64,000 nucleotides of DNA from Chrysomallon squamiferum (taxonomy: Eukaryota > Animalia > Mollusca), in contig CM022679.1 of NCBI GenBank assembly GCA_012295275.1, forward strand, positions 7,688,001-7,752,000, in the 5' to 3' direction. The position numbers and the translations under genes are program-made. Numbering within the stretch: position 1 is the first letter of the stretch; each line of letters starts with the position of its first letter. Below the pieces are notes generated by a model, which did no database searches, was not told where the DNA came from, and was given only the letters and a program-made list of their open reading frames with translations. This document shows, piece after piece, positions 52,901 to 64,000 of this stretch.

Positions 52901-54964
52901 AAGAATTATAACAAAAATTATATGTGTGTGCATGTGTGTGTGTGTGTGTGCGTGTGTGTGTGTGTGTGTGCAAACACATACATACACACACTCAAGATAT
53001 AGATTTTTATAATTATTACTTCCAATTATTTTTTTCTGTGTTAAATTTTTTGTTAGTTATCATATACAACTGTTTCAGGTTAAAACCTCACGTAAGCCAG
53101 TGAATAGTTTCTGTCAGTTTTACATGACCAGCATGCCCCAGTGTTGAGTAAACAGACAAAACAAACAGACATAACCACTGTCTGGAAAACAGAAACCTTG
53201 AGATTCCAGCGCAAAGTGTAATAGAGTAATTTCCCTTGTAAAGAATCTCTAAAATGTGAAAATGTACTAGACATGGTTTGTAAAAATAAGTGGGTTTTTT
53301 TTTTTTTTTTAATTGAAACAAATACATTTTAATTTGTAAAGAATCTTAAAATTTTAATAAACATGTTTTCATTTGTAAACAATTTCTAGAATGTAAGAAA
53401 ATTTTCTTCTGACCATAAATTAATGTTGTCATGTTTAAAAAATTCAGATAACTCATAGCCCTAAGGCTGTTATTTAAATATCAATTATTTTCAAATTTAA
53501 AATCATCTGAGCTTCACACTAATTAAGAATCCAATTCATCACTCAACAAAATATTTCAAATAACAAATACTGGGAAATAAGCCAAAAAAAGTACTCTTCA
53601 TTTACAAATTTTAAAAATATGTATTTAGTGTACCTATTAAGAGCAACAAAGGTACTAATTAACAGTATATTTCAATACTGTGTTAATTATGAACTGTTAA
53701 TTTAACAGACATTTCTAAATTACTTTTGTAAGAATTATATATTTGTATAAAATGACTTGTATTACTGAAAGCAAGTAAAGTTCCAGTTGCTTGATTACAA
53801 TAATCTGTAATTTCAACAACAGTAAAAAATCTGATAATTGTTAATCCAAAAATGTGCCTGTAGCCAGAAACTCAAACCCAAAATAATTAAATCAGATATT
53901 ATGATTGCGTAATACTGCATACATTTTTTTAATATATACACATTATATTATAAAACTAATGTATTCACTGCATTACAAATTTGTAGGCAGTGAAGCAGAA
54001 TTTACATACAAGGCTAATAAAATATGATTTTATTTCACAGGATGTATATACATATATGTATTTATTCAGAATTGTATTTTTTTTTTTAATTTTTTTAAAC
54101 TTCTTTGGATTTTTTTTAAATAAATAATATAGGATTTGTTATTCTTGCCATTTTTGTCTGGTTTTTTTTTTTTTTGGAAGGTTATCTTCTTGTTTTTTTT
54201 TTTTTTTTGTTATTGGGTTGTTGTCATTTATTTAACTTATTTAATTAATTATTTAGTTTTTTTTTTTTTTTTTTAAATGTACATTTTGATAATGGTGCTA
54301 ATAGAAAATATAACTGATAACGTCCTCTTCTAGCTTACCACTGACTGATCAAAGTTTATAAAAACTTATCTAAACATTTACAATTTTTTTTTTTAAATAA
54401 TACAACAGAGAAAATAGTCTACCTCAATAAATCATATATTCAAACAGATTATTACACATTATTAAACAATTATCAATAAGCCAGTATTTACACATTTAAA
54501 ACTTGATTAAAGAAAACCCATCCTTTGATCAAACTAATCCAAAATTTAATATTTAACAATAAACACATGCAATTTTTTTAGCTTAGAAAAAATCCAGGAT
54601 TACAGATAAATCTTAGAAACAAAAAATCTAATGCAAATGTGTATTAATGAAAAATGGATTTACAAAAAGAGATTTCATGCTCCTCACTTTTGGGGAGGAA
54701 GACACAAAGAACAAACAGCTAATTACAAAAATAAACTTTAGGAAAAAATCTACAAATGGAGTTCAAAGAAGCCATTGTTTAAGTATGTGTCATCCAACAC
54801 TTCTGTATGTTTATTATCGGACTGTGTGTTTTTTCTTCACATTGATTTGTTTTTTTGTGTGGGATGGGATTTATTTTAGCTTCCAGGCAGTTAAATTTAG
54901 GCTGGTACAGGAATTCACTGAACTGACAATAAAGCAATAGCTATAGGGTTAAAATTATTTTTTT

Positions 54965-54996
<32 letters not shown>

Positions 54997-56404
54997 TTTG
55001 ATATATTTAACTTGTGCTAAGTTCTGGTTTTGTTGTAATATTTTCACAGTATATGTGGGACAGATTATTTTATTTTTTAACTATGTGTTAGTGTATTTAT
55101 GTATAGTAGTAGTAGTAATAATATAAACTTCAAAAATGTTGTTATTTATTTATTTATTTATTTATTCAGTTATTCGTTCATTCATTCATTATACGCACAC
55201 ACAAAAAAAAAAAAAAATTTAAAAAATATAATAATAAAATTTTCAAAAGTAAAATAAAATTATTCTAACGCTGCATGAAACAGTCATATAAAAAATAATA
55301 ATAATAAAAAAGAACAAACACGTCGAATTAACCTGCAAAACAGTAAACTGGAGTCACTAATAATAACGTAAAACAGCGTGCGTGTTTGTCGTGTGTGCTA
55401 CTTAGTACACAATAAACACACAGCAGCGAAAGCCTTCAATCCACAAACACTTGTCAGCAATTATCTGGGCACGGGTGAACAAATGAAGCAAGAAAACGCG
55501 CATGACAACTACGCTGCGGTTCCACAATAGAAAATTCACCTGATTAATGAAAAACATGCTGTGAAAGGACTTGTCAATTACGCGGAACAAAAACGAAAAA
55601 AAAAACACTAAAGAAAACGCCTCACGTTCAAAGCGTGCTAAAACCGTGTTCTCAATAATCGGGTTTGAAACGCCAACATAGCGGGTTCTGTTAATTGGTT
55701 TATTCGAATTAACAGGATTACGAATGCTTGTAATTAAACAGTGTTATTGGTATTGTTTATGTTTCAAATTGAATGAAAACAGGGTGTAATTGGTTTAAAT
55801 GACATTTGTCTAAATAAAAAAAAAAAAAATAAAAAAAAAAAAAAAAAAAAAAAAAAGAAAAATAAATAATAAAATCAAATAAAAATTAAAATGACATTGC
55901 ATATAATTATAAATTATTGTCCAGAATTTATTATTATTATTATTATTATTATTTTATTATTATACGAGTTTTATTAATTGTTTCATTTTATTTATTCATA
56001 AAAGTTCATTAGTAAAAAAAAAAAAATCGTGTTTAATTTTCATGGAACGGAGTAGTAAAGAATGTTGGATGATTTATAATTTATCTCCAAAAACTTGAAA
56101 CAGGAAGGAGAAAAAAAATAAAAAATAAAAGTAATGTAAGCGAAGCGATATAAAAACGTATACTGCATGTATTTACATGTACGTACAAACACACTTAGTG
56201 TAGTGTGTGACCTACATTAACACATATTTGACAGATACAGGATATGCATGCAGAGTGACATGACACGTGAACCAACTTACCGAGCAGTAAAATTTTTATC
56301 ACGTTAGATTCCTCTTTGGCCCATGTTTGAAGATTTCTGTCAATGGCCTCACTTCTTGCGCGAGCTTTTAATTCATCCTGATCCAAACTAAAACATAGGC
56401 CCAT
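39214..56404 (-). CDS. GNAV1: Heterotrimeric G protein alpha subunit, Gv class, 359 aa. Exons: 56281-56404, 44451-44542, 43059-43151, 42074-42234, 41520-41648, 40973-41102, 40439-40510, 39782-39869, 39214-39404
   Basis: G1 [10 protein letters not shown]2 RVRTTG, G3 DVGGQ, G4 NKLD, G5 TTATDT. Segments matching Gv as recalled from zebrafish gnav1: [67 protein letters not shown] and C-terminal AVSIL. Nine GT-AG exons in phase (1080 nt). Confidence 0.95.
39782..39869 (-). CDS. GNAV1: Galpha-v exon 8
   Basis: tttcag|[29 protein letters not shown]+G|GTATTT. Confidence 0.94.
40439..40510 (-). CDS. GNAV1: Galpha-v exon 7
   Basis: ttacag|[24 protein letters not shown]|GTGAGA. Confidence 0.94.
40973..41102 (-). 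CDS. GNAV1: Galpha-v exon 6 (switch II)
   Basis: gtaaag|[44 protein letters not shown]|GTAAGT. Confidence 0.95.
41520..41648 (-). CDS. GNAV1: Galpha-v exon 5 (switch I)
   Basis: tttcag|T YFENMDRI...[24 protein letters not shown]+AG|GTAACT. Confidence 0.94.
42074..42234 (-). CDS. GNAV1: Galpha-v exon 4
   Basis: tttcag|AFAQVVLS...LWRDRGVR...[11 protein letters not shown]+TA|GTGAGT. Confidence 0.94.
43059..43151 (-). CDS. GNAV1: Galpha-v exon 3
   Basis: tttcag|[31 protein letters not shown]|GTCAGT. Confidence 0.94.
43862..44050. repeat. Tandem 29-39-bp repeat (AATAAAATAACAAGTAGAAGTAGCAATAGT) followed by (TAG)n
   Basis: Directly visible in Galpha-v intron 2. Confidence 0.85.
44451..44542 (-). 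CDS. GNAV1: Galpha-v exon 2 (P-loop)
   Basis: tatag|[32 protein letters not shown]|GTCAGT. Confidence 0.94.
46377..46990. repeat. Degenerate satellite of about 100 bp (about 6 copies) interrupted by (TG)n at 46852-46898
   Basis: Recurring TAATACAACT...ATGTCATTTGTATGTTAACATACTGAAAA...CATAACACTGTAACA. Confidence 0.7.
48020..48100 (+). mobile_element. Old SINE core fragment
   Basis: TTCCTGCCATCGGAAAGGTTAACATGAAGGATCTCTTACTGCTAAGTGGTAAGAATA resembles the core at 29445-29510. Confidence 0.4.
50305..50815. repeat. Local tandem duplication, about 260-bp period x2
   Basis: TTTGTTTTCAAAGA, TTTGGTCAT, AAAATAACTAAGAAAA and TTTCTTTAAA(T/C)TATTATACTT each occur twice in the same order. Confidence 0.8.
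56281..56404 (-). CDS. GNAV1: Galpha-v exon 1
   Basis: [41 protein letters not shown]+G|GTAAGT. Confidence 0.93.
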
Positions 56405-56960
56405 ATTAGATGTTTACATGGTGAGATGCGTGTTTTACATTCCAGGACCCTGGCGTCACAGGTGAAGTACACACCTTCTGCGGTAAAATTTCAACACTCG
56501 TAAAACTTTCACATTCCGTCACTCTTTCATTAACTGCCTTCTGGATTAATTACCATTCCATCGAATTTTCCAGGCGAAAATCGGGTCTTTTCAATACAAA
56601 ATCCAACAGAATATTCACCGAAATCGAACTGTCAACGATTATCGAAGTAGGCTATAAGTTTTTAAGTTTTATGACTCGCTTCATTGGCTCACCGTAAAGT
56701 TTCCTCATTTCGCCCCCTACCTGGCGTTGTTCCAAAGCGAGGCTGTCAATCAGGACGCATGAATGATCCGTGGGCTGGGCTACCTGTGTAACAAGTATTG
56801 TCACAAGCAGAACGATACACAATAGGTCAAGTCGGCAAACAATTGATTGCAATAGCGCGGCTACTTGTTGATGTTTAACAAACCACTCGGCGTGGTGACC
56901 TCTTTTGGTCCCGATCACACATTTCCTCAGTTATTTTAATACCACACGTGGCGCAGATAT
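56405..56960 (-). promoter_or_regulatory. CpG-enriched 5'UTR/promoter of Galpha-v
   Basis: CpG density rises sharply immediately upstream of the ATG. CACGTG at about 56946 and E2F-like TTTCGCCCC are present. Confidence 0.6.
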
Positions 56961-57949
56961 TAACGAGCATTATAAATCTTGTAACAATTGATTACCTTGA
57001 TTTGTTAACAGCAAAACAGATTATTTATTAAAGCTTATTTTTGATGTTATTTTTTTAACTTTTAATTTTCAGAATATCTTGTATATGGAGAGCAATAGTT
57101 TCCAATTGGTTAATAAATATGCAACAACGCTAAAAGATTTAAGAGAAAGAATGTTGAGTTACGGAGGTGAGGATATACCATACTTGTTTATATTAAAATA
57201 CTGTTAATAAAAAAAAAAAAAAAAAAATAATAATAATAATAAATAAATAAATAAAAGTTTTTGATAAAGTACAAAAATTCAGTATTATATTAAAACATTT
57301 TTAAAATTTGATTAATTTCATTTTAAGGGCAACATTTATTTAATTTTATTTTTTAATTTTATTTTTTTATTTTATTTTTATTTTTTATTATTATTTTCTT
57401 AATTTAAGAAAACTGCTTTTAACACTTTACAGATTATTTTAAATTATTAGTAAAAGGGGATCTGTACATACTTTTTTCCCTTGACATGAAAACACAAATA
57501 GTTGGCAAAAAAAAAAAACGTAACTTCAAAATACGCCAAATATTCAAAGTACACTATAACACAACTTGCATCAGGATGAAATACAATCTCAAACCTAGCT
57601 TTTACTGCAGTGTCAAAATATGGAAGGACTCTGTCAATGTGCAAACATGTTAACATTTACAACAGTAACAAATACAGAACAAAAGTGAATTAATGTTAAT
57701 ATTTATTTCCCTAAATAAACATGTTTAAAAAAAATAAAATAATAATAATAATAATAAATAATAATAATATATAAAATTTCAGACACATTCATGTTTTTAA
57801 ATGTCTTTTTTCATGCAAATTTTGTTAAGTTCACATTATGTTGCAAAAACATTTAGAAAAAATAAAAAATTGATGAGAAAATATTACATCATAATATTTA
57901 ATCATATGCACACAAATACACAGGCGTAATAATATCTTCACAGAATTTG

Positions 57950-58144
57950 CTAAATTTCTGATATGAGTCTGAATTTTCCCAGTAGTGGAGTGCTCAGCAC
58001 ATTAATGAATTTTTTCTTGATTACAAGTCCATTTTGCACAGGTCCATAAAGAGGACTGTCAGGATAGGGTGAGAGTGTTTCAGCTGATATGAGTATCTTG
58101 CCATCTGTTATAGCAAACAGCGTATTGTTCTTCCCAAGTTTGAC
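57950..58144 (-). CDS. MRPL27: MRPL27 exon 3
   Basis: tctag|[20 protein letters not shown]...GKFRLISEI*. Confidence 0.92.
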   Translation of the reverse strand, partial: [64 protein letters not shown]

Positions 58145-59953
58145 CTAGACAAAGGAAAAGAAAAGAAGAAAATAATAATAATAAAATGCAAAAATGAATG
58201 AATTAAGAATACACATAAATGAATACTGATTTTGTATCTAATTTTGATCATTTACCATTTGTTAACTGATAGGTTGCTCTAATTTATTTTGACAAAATTT
58301 GTATGCAGGTATGCCATGATTAATGGGATTAATTAATCCACAGACATTACTGTGAATATTGAAATCATGTTAACTGAATATGATAATTAATGGCCAAAAA
58401 AAAGTGATCTTTGGTCAAAAGCAGACTCAAAGAATATAACATACTTATCTTGTAAAGAAAATATTTAAATGTTTGTTAAATACAGAGTATTAGTCCCAAC
58501 AATTATTTATCAAAAATAGTTTGTATAGTTTTAGCTTTGTTCTCTACATAAACTGTTCAGTAGCACACCATTTCTCTAAACTGTGGCAAGCTAGATTGTA
58601 ACAATTCATATCTCAATCATGTCTATTATTTACTGTTTAAGCAACTCCAAGTTATGAAAATGAAATTAATTAAGCTCTTTAAATCTTTGAATTATATCCA
58701 GTTTAGCATCTGAAGTAATTAATTTCATAGTTTAAAAAATTAAATGTTCAATCTCCATTAGAGTTTGCATCTTCTGAGATATCTTTTGGGGTATAATTTC
58801 AAAAATCACTCAACAGAAAAATTTGATTTTGTAAAATATCATAGCCTAAGTGTGAGGCATGCTCTCTTACTGGTTGCTGTTTCATTACTAATTCTAAATC
58901 TGCTCACTGACAAATCAATTGCTCAAAACTTTATATGACAATCCTACTGATGTTTGCCAGGATATTCAAAAGCATGTTATAATTGTTAACAGTTTAGTTT
59001 GAATTATCCTTTCCTAGTGTGACAAAACTTTGAAAGCATGTTAATCAAGCATGTCAAGGGATGGTTAAAATTAGTATTACTCGGTTCATCAATTATTGTG
59101 TAAATCAAAAGCATCTGCTTGTCATAATTCCAGATTTATTGTAAAGAATAATGTCAGAGGACAAAGATAATATTTTTAATTTCTTTCTAATTTATATGAT
59201 AGATTCAATATGTTAACACTGAGGAGCAATCAACCAACATCTACAAAAACATGTACTTCAATATTCTGACATAAAAATTGCATTTCTAAATTGTGTTTCT
59301 ATACCAAAGTACACTTACAAAAATGGAAGTACATTTATTATACACACTAACACAGTGTCCTTTTTCACTGTGTTAACTAGTATTAGCTTATTTCTTAGAA
59401 TTAAAATGATAATTAAAACTTGTATTATTAAAGTACTTGTTTTTCTTCTATTCATTATTTAAAGAATAACATAATGTCACATACATTTTCCCCAGGATAA
59501 AATTTAAGACCCAGCTGTTTGACCAGAATTTGGCCAGCATGAACAAACGTTCCTTCATGTTCATAAATCCTGCGATGCTTTCCCTTGGTTCGTTTTCTTT
59601 TATTGCGTACTGGTTTTGCATATCTTACAGATGTCATGCCTGCTAAACCTGAAAACACAATGCATTTTAAAGTTAAAAATAACAAATATTAACCGAATAG
59701 TCTCCATCCATTCTACTATAGAAAATGCAGGCCGACATTAGGTCATAAATGAAAATACAATACACACATATATTTAACATGTCACGTTTTAAAACATTCT
59801 TAATCAAACATGTCAATATATCCGTTATGTCGATCAGAATGAAATGATAATAATCGCATATACATATCAAATTTATCAAAACAATATATAACAGTAACCT
59901 GGTGTAAACTTTGACAGCAAAGAAGATGAAATGCGTGCAATGGAGGCCGCCAT
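57950..59953 (-). CDS. MRPL27: Mitochondrial ribosomal protein bL27m, 137 aa. Exons: 59899-59953, 59485-59648, 57950-58144
   Basis: MAAS/R/S/L-rich targeting peptide ending SVRYA, then the L27 core [41 protein letters not shown], and C-terminal KKFINV...GKFRLISEI. Phases are consistent (414 nt). A YY1-type AAAATGGCGGCC overlaps the ATG. Confidence 0.92.
59485..59648 (-). CDS. MRPL27: MRPL27 exon 2
   Basis: tttcag|GT LAGMTSVRYAKP...KFYPGEN|GTATGT. Confidence 0.92.
59899..59953 (-). CDS. MRPL27: MRPL27 exon 1
   Basis: MAASIARISSSLLSKFTP+G|GTTACT. Confidence 0.8.
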
Positions 59954-60401
59954 TTTCTTTTTCAGAGGTAGCGGACTCCTTGAAACATGTTTACAAATTT
60001 AGTAAATTAACCATCTTAAATTAATTGGAATGAATATTATTAAGGAAATTGTAATAGGTGCATTATTGTTAAGGTAATATTAAAAGATATATTATCAATA
60101 TTGTTTGTTTTTTGTTTTGTTTTTTTGTAGAGAGTTTTGGTAACTGACTATTTGACCGGACACGAACATTCAGAAAAAAGACGGGCATTTCAAATTCAAC
60201 CAGTCGTTGATACTTTTGGTACATTTCGTAATAAACATCGATATAGATCTAGAGAATACCGTATGTGTGGTTTTAGTTTGAACATCTCAGAGTTTTATTA
60301 TAACTATTAATATTTGATATATTATTATCATATATATTTAGAACTCGTGTATCTATTAAATTATATATTCTACAATGGTAGATGTCTAAATCACTAAACA
60401 A

Positions 60402-60446
<45 letters not shown>

Positions 60447-60829
60447 TTAATGTAGACACGATGATTTAATTCATTAAATATTTCTATACAAATTGTAAGT
60501 TAAATTTATGTGTATTTTATTTAAGCAAATGTTTAAATTCATTTGCAGAGATAGAAAAATGTTTTATAAATTTAAATAACTAAAATAATTTTTATGGATT
60601 ATGTAGATCAAATTAAAATGTATAGCGTAAAATACGGATTCCAAAATGTCAGATAGAGCCTACTGAAAGTAAAATTACGTTCTCTGAAATACACCCGAGC
60701 TTACCAAAACCGAAAACCATAATAATTTTATTTTATGTTGTTTAATGATGTAATATCACATTTGCATATATCATTTCTCAGTTTTTCCTTTTCCTCTTAT
60801 TCTTATTCCTTCATCTATATATCTATTAA

Positions 60830-61190
60830 ACTCTAAGTAACAATTTCTAATTTATAAATAACTAAAATAATTTGGTACAAATGAATGTTTCTCTATGAAT
60901 TTTTTCTTAAAAATTAAATGCGGCATAGTGCTTGTACTGAAAAAAGAAAAAAACAACAACAGTGATTAGCTTTATTCATCATCAGTTACTTTTCTTTCGT
61001 TTACAATATCACAAATATGACTCTTACTTGTATCCACTTACCACTTCTTTCTTAGTTTATTTTCTTCTGTGTTTTTTATTCTTAATGTTTGTTTGTTGTT
61101 GTTTTTTTGTGTTTTTTTTTATCTGTATTCTTTCGAGTTTTTTGTTCTTGTTCTTGCTATATTTTTATTTATTTATTATTTATTTATTCA

Positions 61191-61238
<48 letters not shown>

Positions 61239-61605
61239 TTAATGATTATTTATATTTGCAAAAGCAAAACAATGAATGGTAACAAAACATTCACTAAAAT
61301 CTGTGCTGAGATCTCATAAATGTAAATCACAAAAAACCAGAAAATTGTAGTCGGTTTTGTTACCTGATTGTTTATAATAAAAGAAAAATCTGCAGAACAT
61401 AAATTATTAGAAAAACTCACCCATAATCTTTTTTAGATGTTCAGAAGTTTTTGAAAAGAGCTTCCCCATCTTTCTAGTATCCCCCCAGTAAAACAGTAAA
61501 TATGATTACGTCAGACACTAAATTGGTTTGATTTGCTAGGATTACGAAACCGTACACATTTCTAAACATAAAAGTAAATGCTGACTTTCGGTTCTTTCTT
61601 TCCTT

Positions 61606-61642
<37 letters not shown>

Positions 61643-62256
61643 TTTTTTTTTTATGTTTTTTATTGTGTTTAATTTAACTGTTTTATTAAGTATTATTAAA
61701 TGAAAATCTGCACATTTTATACTCTTCACCACTTAGTCCAAACTAAACAACTAGAAAACGTTGTTAAAAGAAAACTGTTGATATTACACACAATAAAAAA
61801 AAAAAAAAGCAAAACACCTGCAAATTCTATAATATTTAGCTTTCTTTCAACAATTTCAACAAAATTTTTACCTTAAAAAGATAGAAGAAATATTTTTAAA
61901 ATGACAAACATAAAAACAATCATATCAAAAATATGTATATACAAATATTACAGAATGATATCGAAACAGAAGATTTTAACGTGAAAAGTTTTCAAGGTAA
62001 GAAACACAACTTATTGGCGACGCCATTGTTTAAAGTGGAGGTGACTTCTTTTACGTCGTAGCTGTGGCTATATAAGAACGACAAACAGAGGATGACGTAA
62101 GCCTGAGGGTTCTTTTTATAAAACAATTGAACATCCACTACCCCGTTGATTTTTATCCGGGATGTGGAAAAACGGCCCTTTTCAGGGCCACCCCCCCCCA
62201 CCCCCTCAATCTCACGAATGAGTAGTTCTCTGTTCATAATCCTATTGCTTTGCCGA

Positions 62257-62290
<34 letters not shown>
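60830..62290 (+). repeat. Paralogous segment copy B
   Basis: Collinear with 62975-64000 (for example 61255-61583 versus 63528-63856, nearly gap-free) and with 33770-34430. Confidence 0.9.
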
Positions 62291-62332
<42 letters not shown>

Positions 62333-62334
62333 TA

Positions 62335-62369
<35 letters not shown>

Positions 62370-62467
62370 TTTCAAATAGCAGTAGTGGTAGAATTCTTGT
62401 TTTTGTTATATAACACTAGTAGTAGTTACTATACTTCTTTTTGTCAGATAGTACTATTCTTCTTCTT

Positions 62468-62539
<72 letters not shown>

Positions 62540-62728
62540 GAAACAATTTTTCAAAACGTTCTGTCTATTTCAGATGGTGTTAATTTTAGCATTTCATATT
62601 TTCCTAAAATAATTACCTACAGTCAATGCACTGACGTCAGTATATCAAGAAATCCACAAAAAAACCCACAAAAAAACATTTAAAAAACAACTTTAATAAA
62701 CCAACAAAGAAACTCCAACAACTAAAAC

Positions 62729-62866
62729 ACATATACCATCATCTCATACACTGCTTTAAAATATCTACATATATCACCATCTCATACACTGCTTTCAAAT
62801 ATATATGATTTTCCAGCAATGTAATTATAGATATTTTAAAGCATTGTATGAGATAGTGGTATATGT
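62729..62866. repeat. Direct plus inverted 39-bp repeat (fold-back)
   Basis: 62729-62767 and 62767-62805 are direct copies. 62828-62866 is their reverse complement, with 3 and 5 mismatches respectively. Confidence 0.9.
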
Positions 62867-62974
62867 ACTTAATATCATGAGTCTGCAGAACTTCGTTCTT
62901 GTTATCTACATTTAATAATTTAACATATCTGTCTAAATCATCACACAGTGTATTAAACAGAAAAAGAAACTCCA

Positions 62975-63491
62975 AGTAACCATTCCTAATTTATATATAA
63001 CTAAAAAGTTTGATATAAATGAATACTTCTCCAAGAATTCTTTCTTAAAAATTAAATGATGCATAGTGCTTATCCTGAATAAAAAGAAGAAAAAGCAACA
63101 GTGTACAGCATTAATTATCATCGTTTACAAATATATATATATATATATATTCTCTCTGCTAAAATGTTCGTTTCATAAAATTATCATTAATTGTTATTAG
63201 ACTACCTTTGCATAAATAAATCTTTCTGTTTAAACAGTGGATTTGATGTTAATTTTTATTTTATTTTATTTAATTTTTTAAATTATCATAAAATGATCTT
63301 CTTCACATGCTAAGAGAGTCCTTCTGTTCGGTTGTTTTTGATACAACCCCCCCCCCACACACACACACACACACAAATGTAACAAATATGATTCATACAT
63401 GATCCGCTTACACCGTCTTTCTTAGTTTGCTTTCTTTTGCTTTTTTGTTTTTATTGTTTTTCCGTGTTTTTTTCTGGGAGTCTGATTAATA

Positions 63492-63523
<32 letters not shown>

Positions 63524-64000
63524 TATGTTTGCATAAGCAGAACAATGAATCGTAACAAAACACTGACTAAAATCTGTGCTGAGATCTCACAGAGGTAAAT
63601 CACATGAAACCAGAAAATTGTAGTCTGTTCTATTAGCTGATTGTTTATAACAAAAGAAAAATGCGCCGAATCTAAATTATCGGTAAAACTCACCCATAAT
63701 CTTTTTTAGATGTTCAGACGTTTTTGAAAAGGGCATCCCCATATCTCCAACATACTTCCCCGGTAAAAACTAAATATGATTACGTCAGACACTAAATTCG
63801 TTAGATTCACTAAGATTACGAAACCGTAGACATTTATAAACACAAAAGTAAATGCTTGTTTTTGGTTCTTTCTTTCTTTCATTCTTTTTTTACGTTTTTT
63901 TTTTTTTTTTTTTTTCCCCTCTTTTTTAACGTGAAAAGTTTTGGGGAAAAAACACAACTACAGAACGTAAAATAAATTGTTTAAAGTGGAACCCTATCCT
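62975..64000 (+). repeat. Paralogous segment copy C (runs to the window end)
   Basis: Tandem duplicate of 60830-62040 at about 2.0-2.3 kb offset. Confidence 0.9.

Noticed and set aside
4196-62683. Many 60-130-aa poly-Leu/Ile/Tyr/Ser ORFs in the ORF track
   Set aside because: They are translations of (AAT)n, (TAC)n, (CT)n, (TG)n and (TTC)n microsatellites.
63706-63957. 83-aa ORF with a TM7-like segment (GPCR pseudogene?)
   Set aside because: No NPxxY, the frame is not preserved in copy B, and the N-terminus comes from a poly(T) tract.

Overview
AT-rich, microsatellite-rich animal genomic DNA. The SINE type, gene structures and receptor class suggest a mollusc, probably a gastropod (inference). 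Five protein-coding genes can be assembled exon by exon with consistent GT-AG phases: an intronless rhodopsin-class orphan GPCR (+, 1227-2285); ZNF598 (-, 6 exons, 957 aa), head-to-head with synaptogyrin (+, 4 exons, 228 aa); a G-protein alpha subunit of the rare Gv class (-, 9 exons, 359 aa); and mitoribosomal MRPL27 (-, 3 exons, 137 aa). Two non-annotated features stand out. (1) A 650-bp GC-rich, hierarchical palindrome/minisatellite element at 32549-33200. On the minus strand it has a CRE/X-box/TATA promoter-like head, four tandem small ORFs that all start M(W/C)ARVI, and nine AATAAA-containing 27-mers. (2) A three-copy paralogous segment (33.8 kb, 61 kb, 63 kb). Two copies carry a conserved two-exon, 32-aa MGxxxS micro-ORF. 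All calls were made by eye, and no database searches were run.
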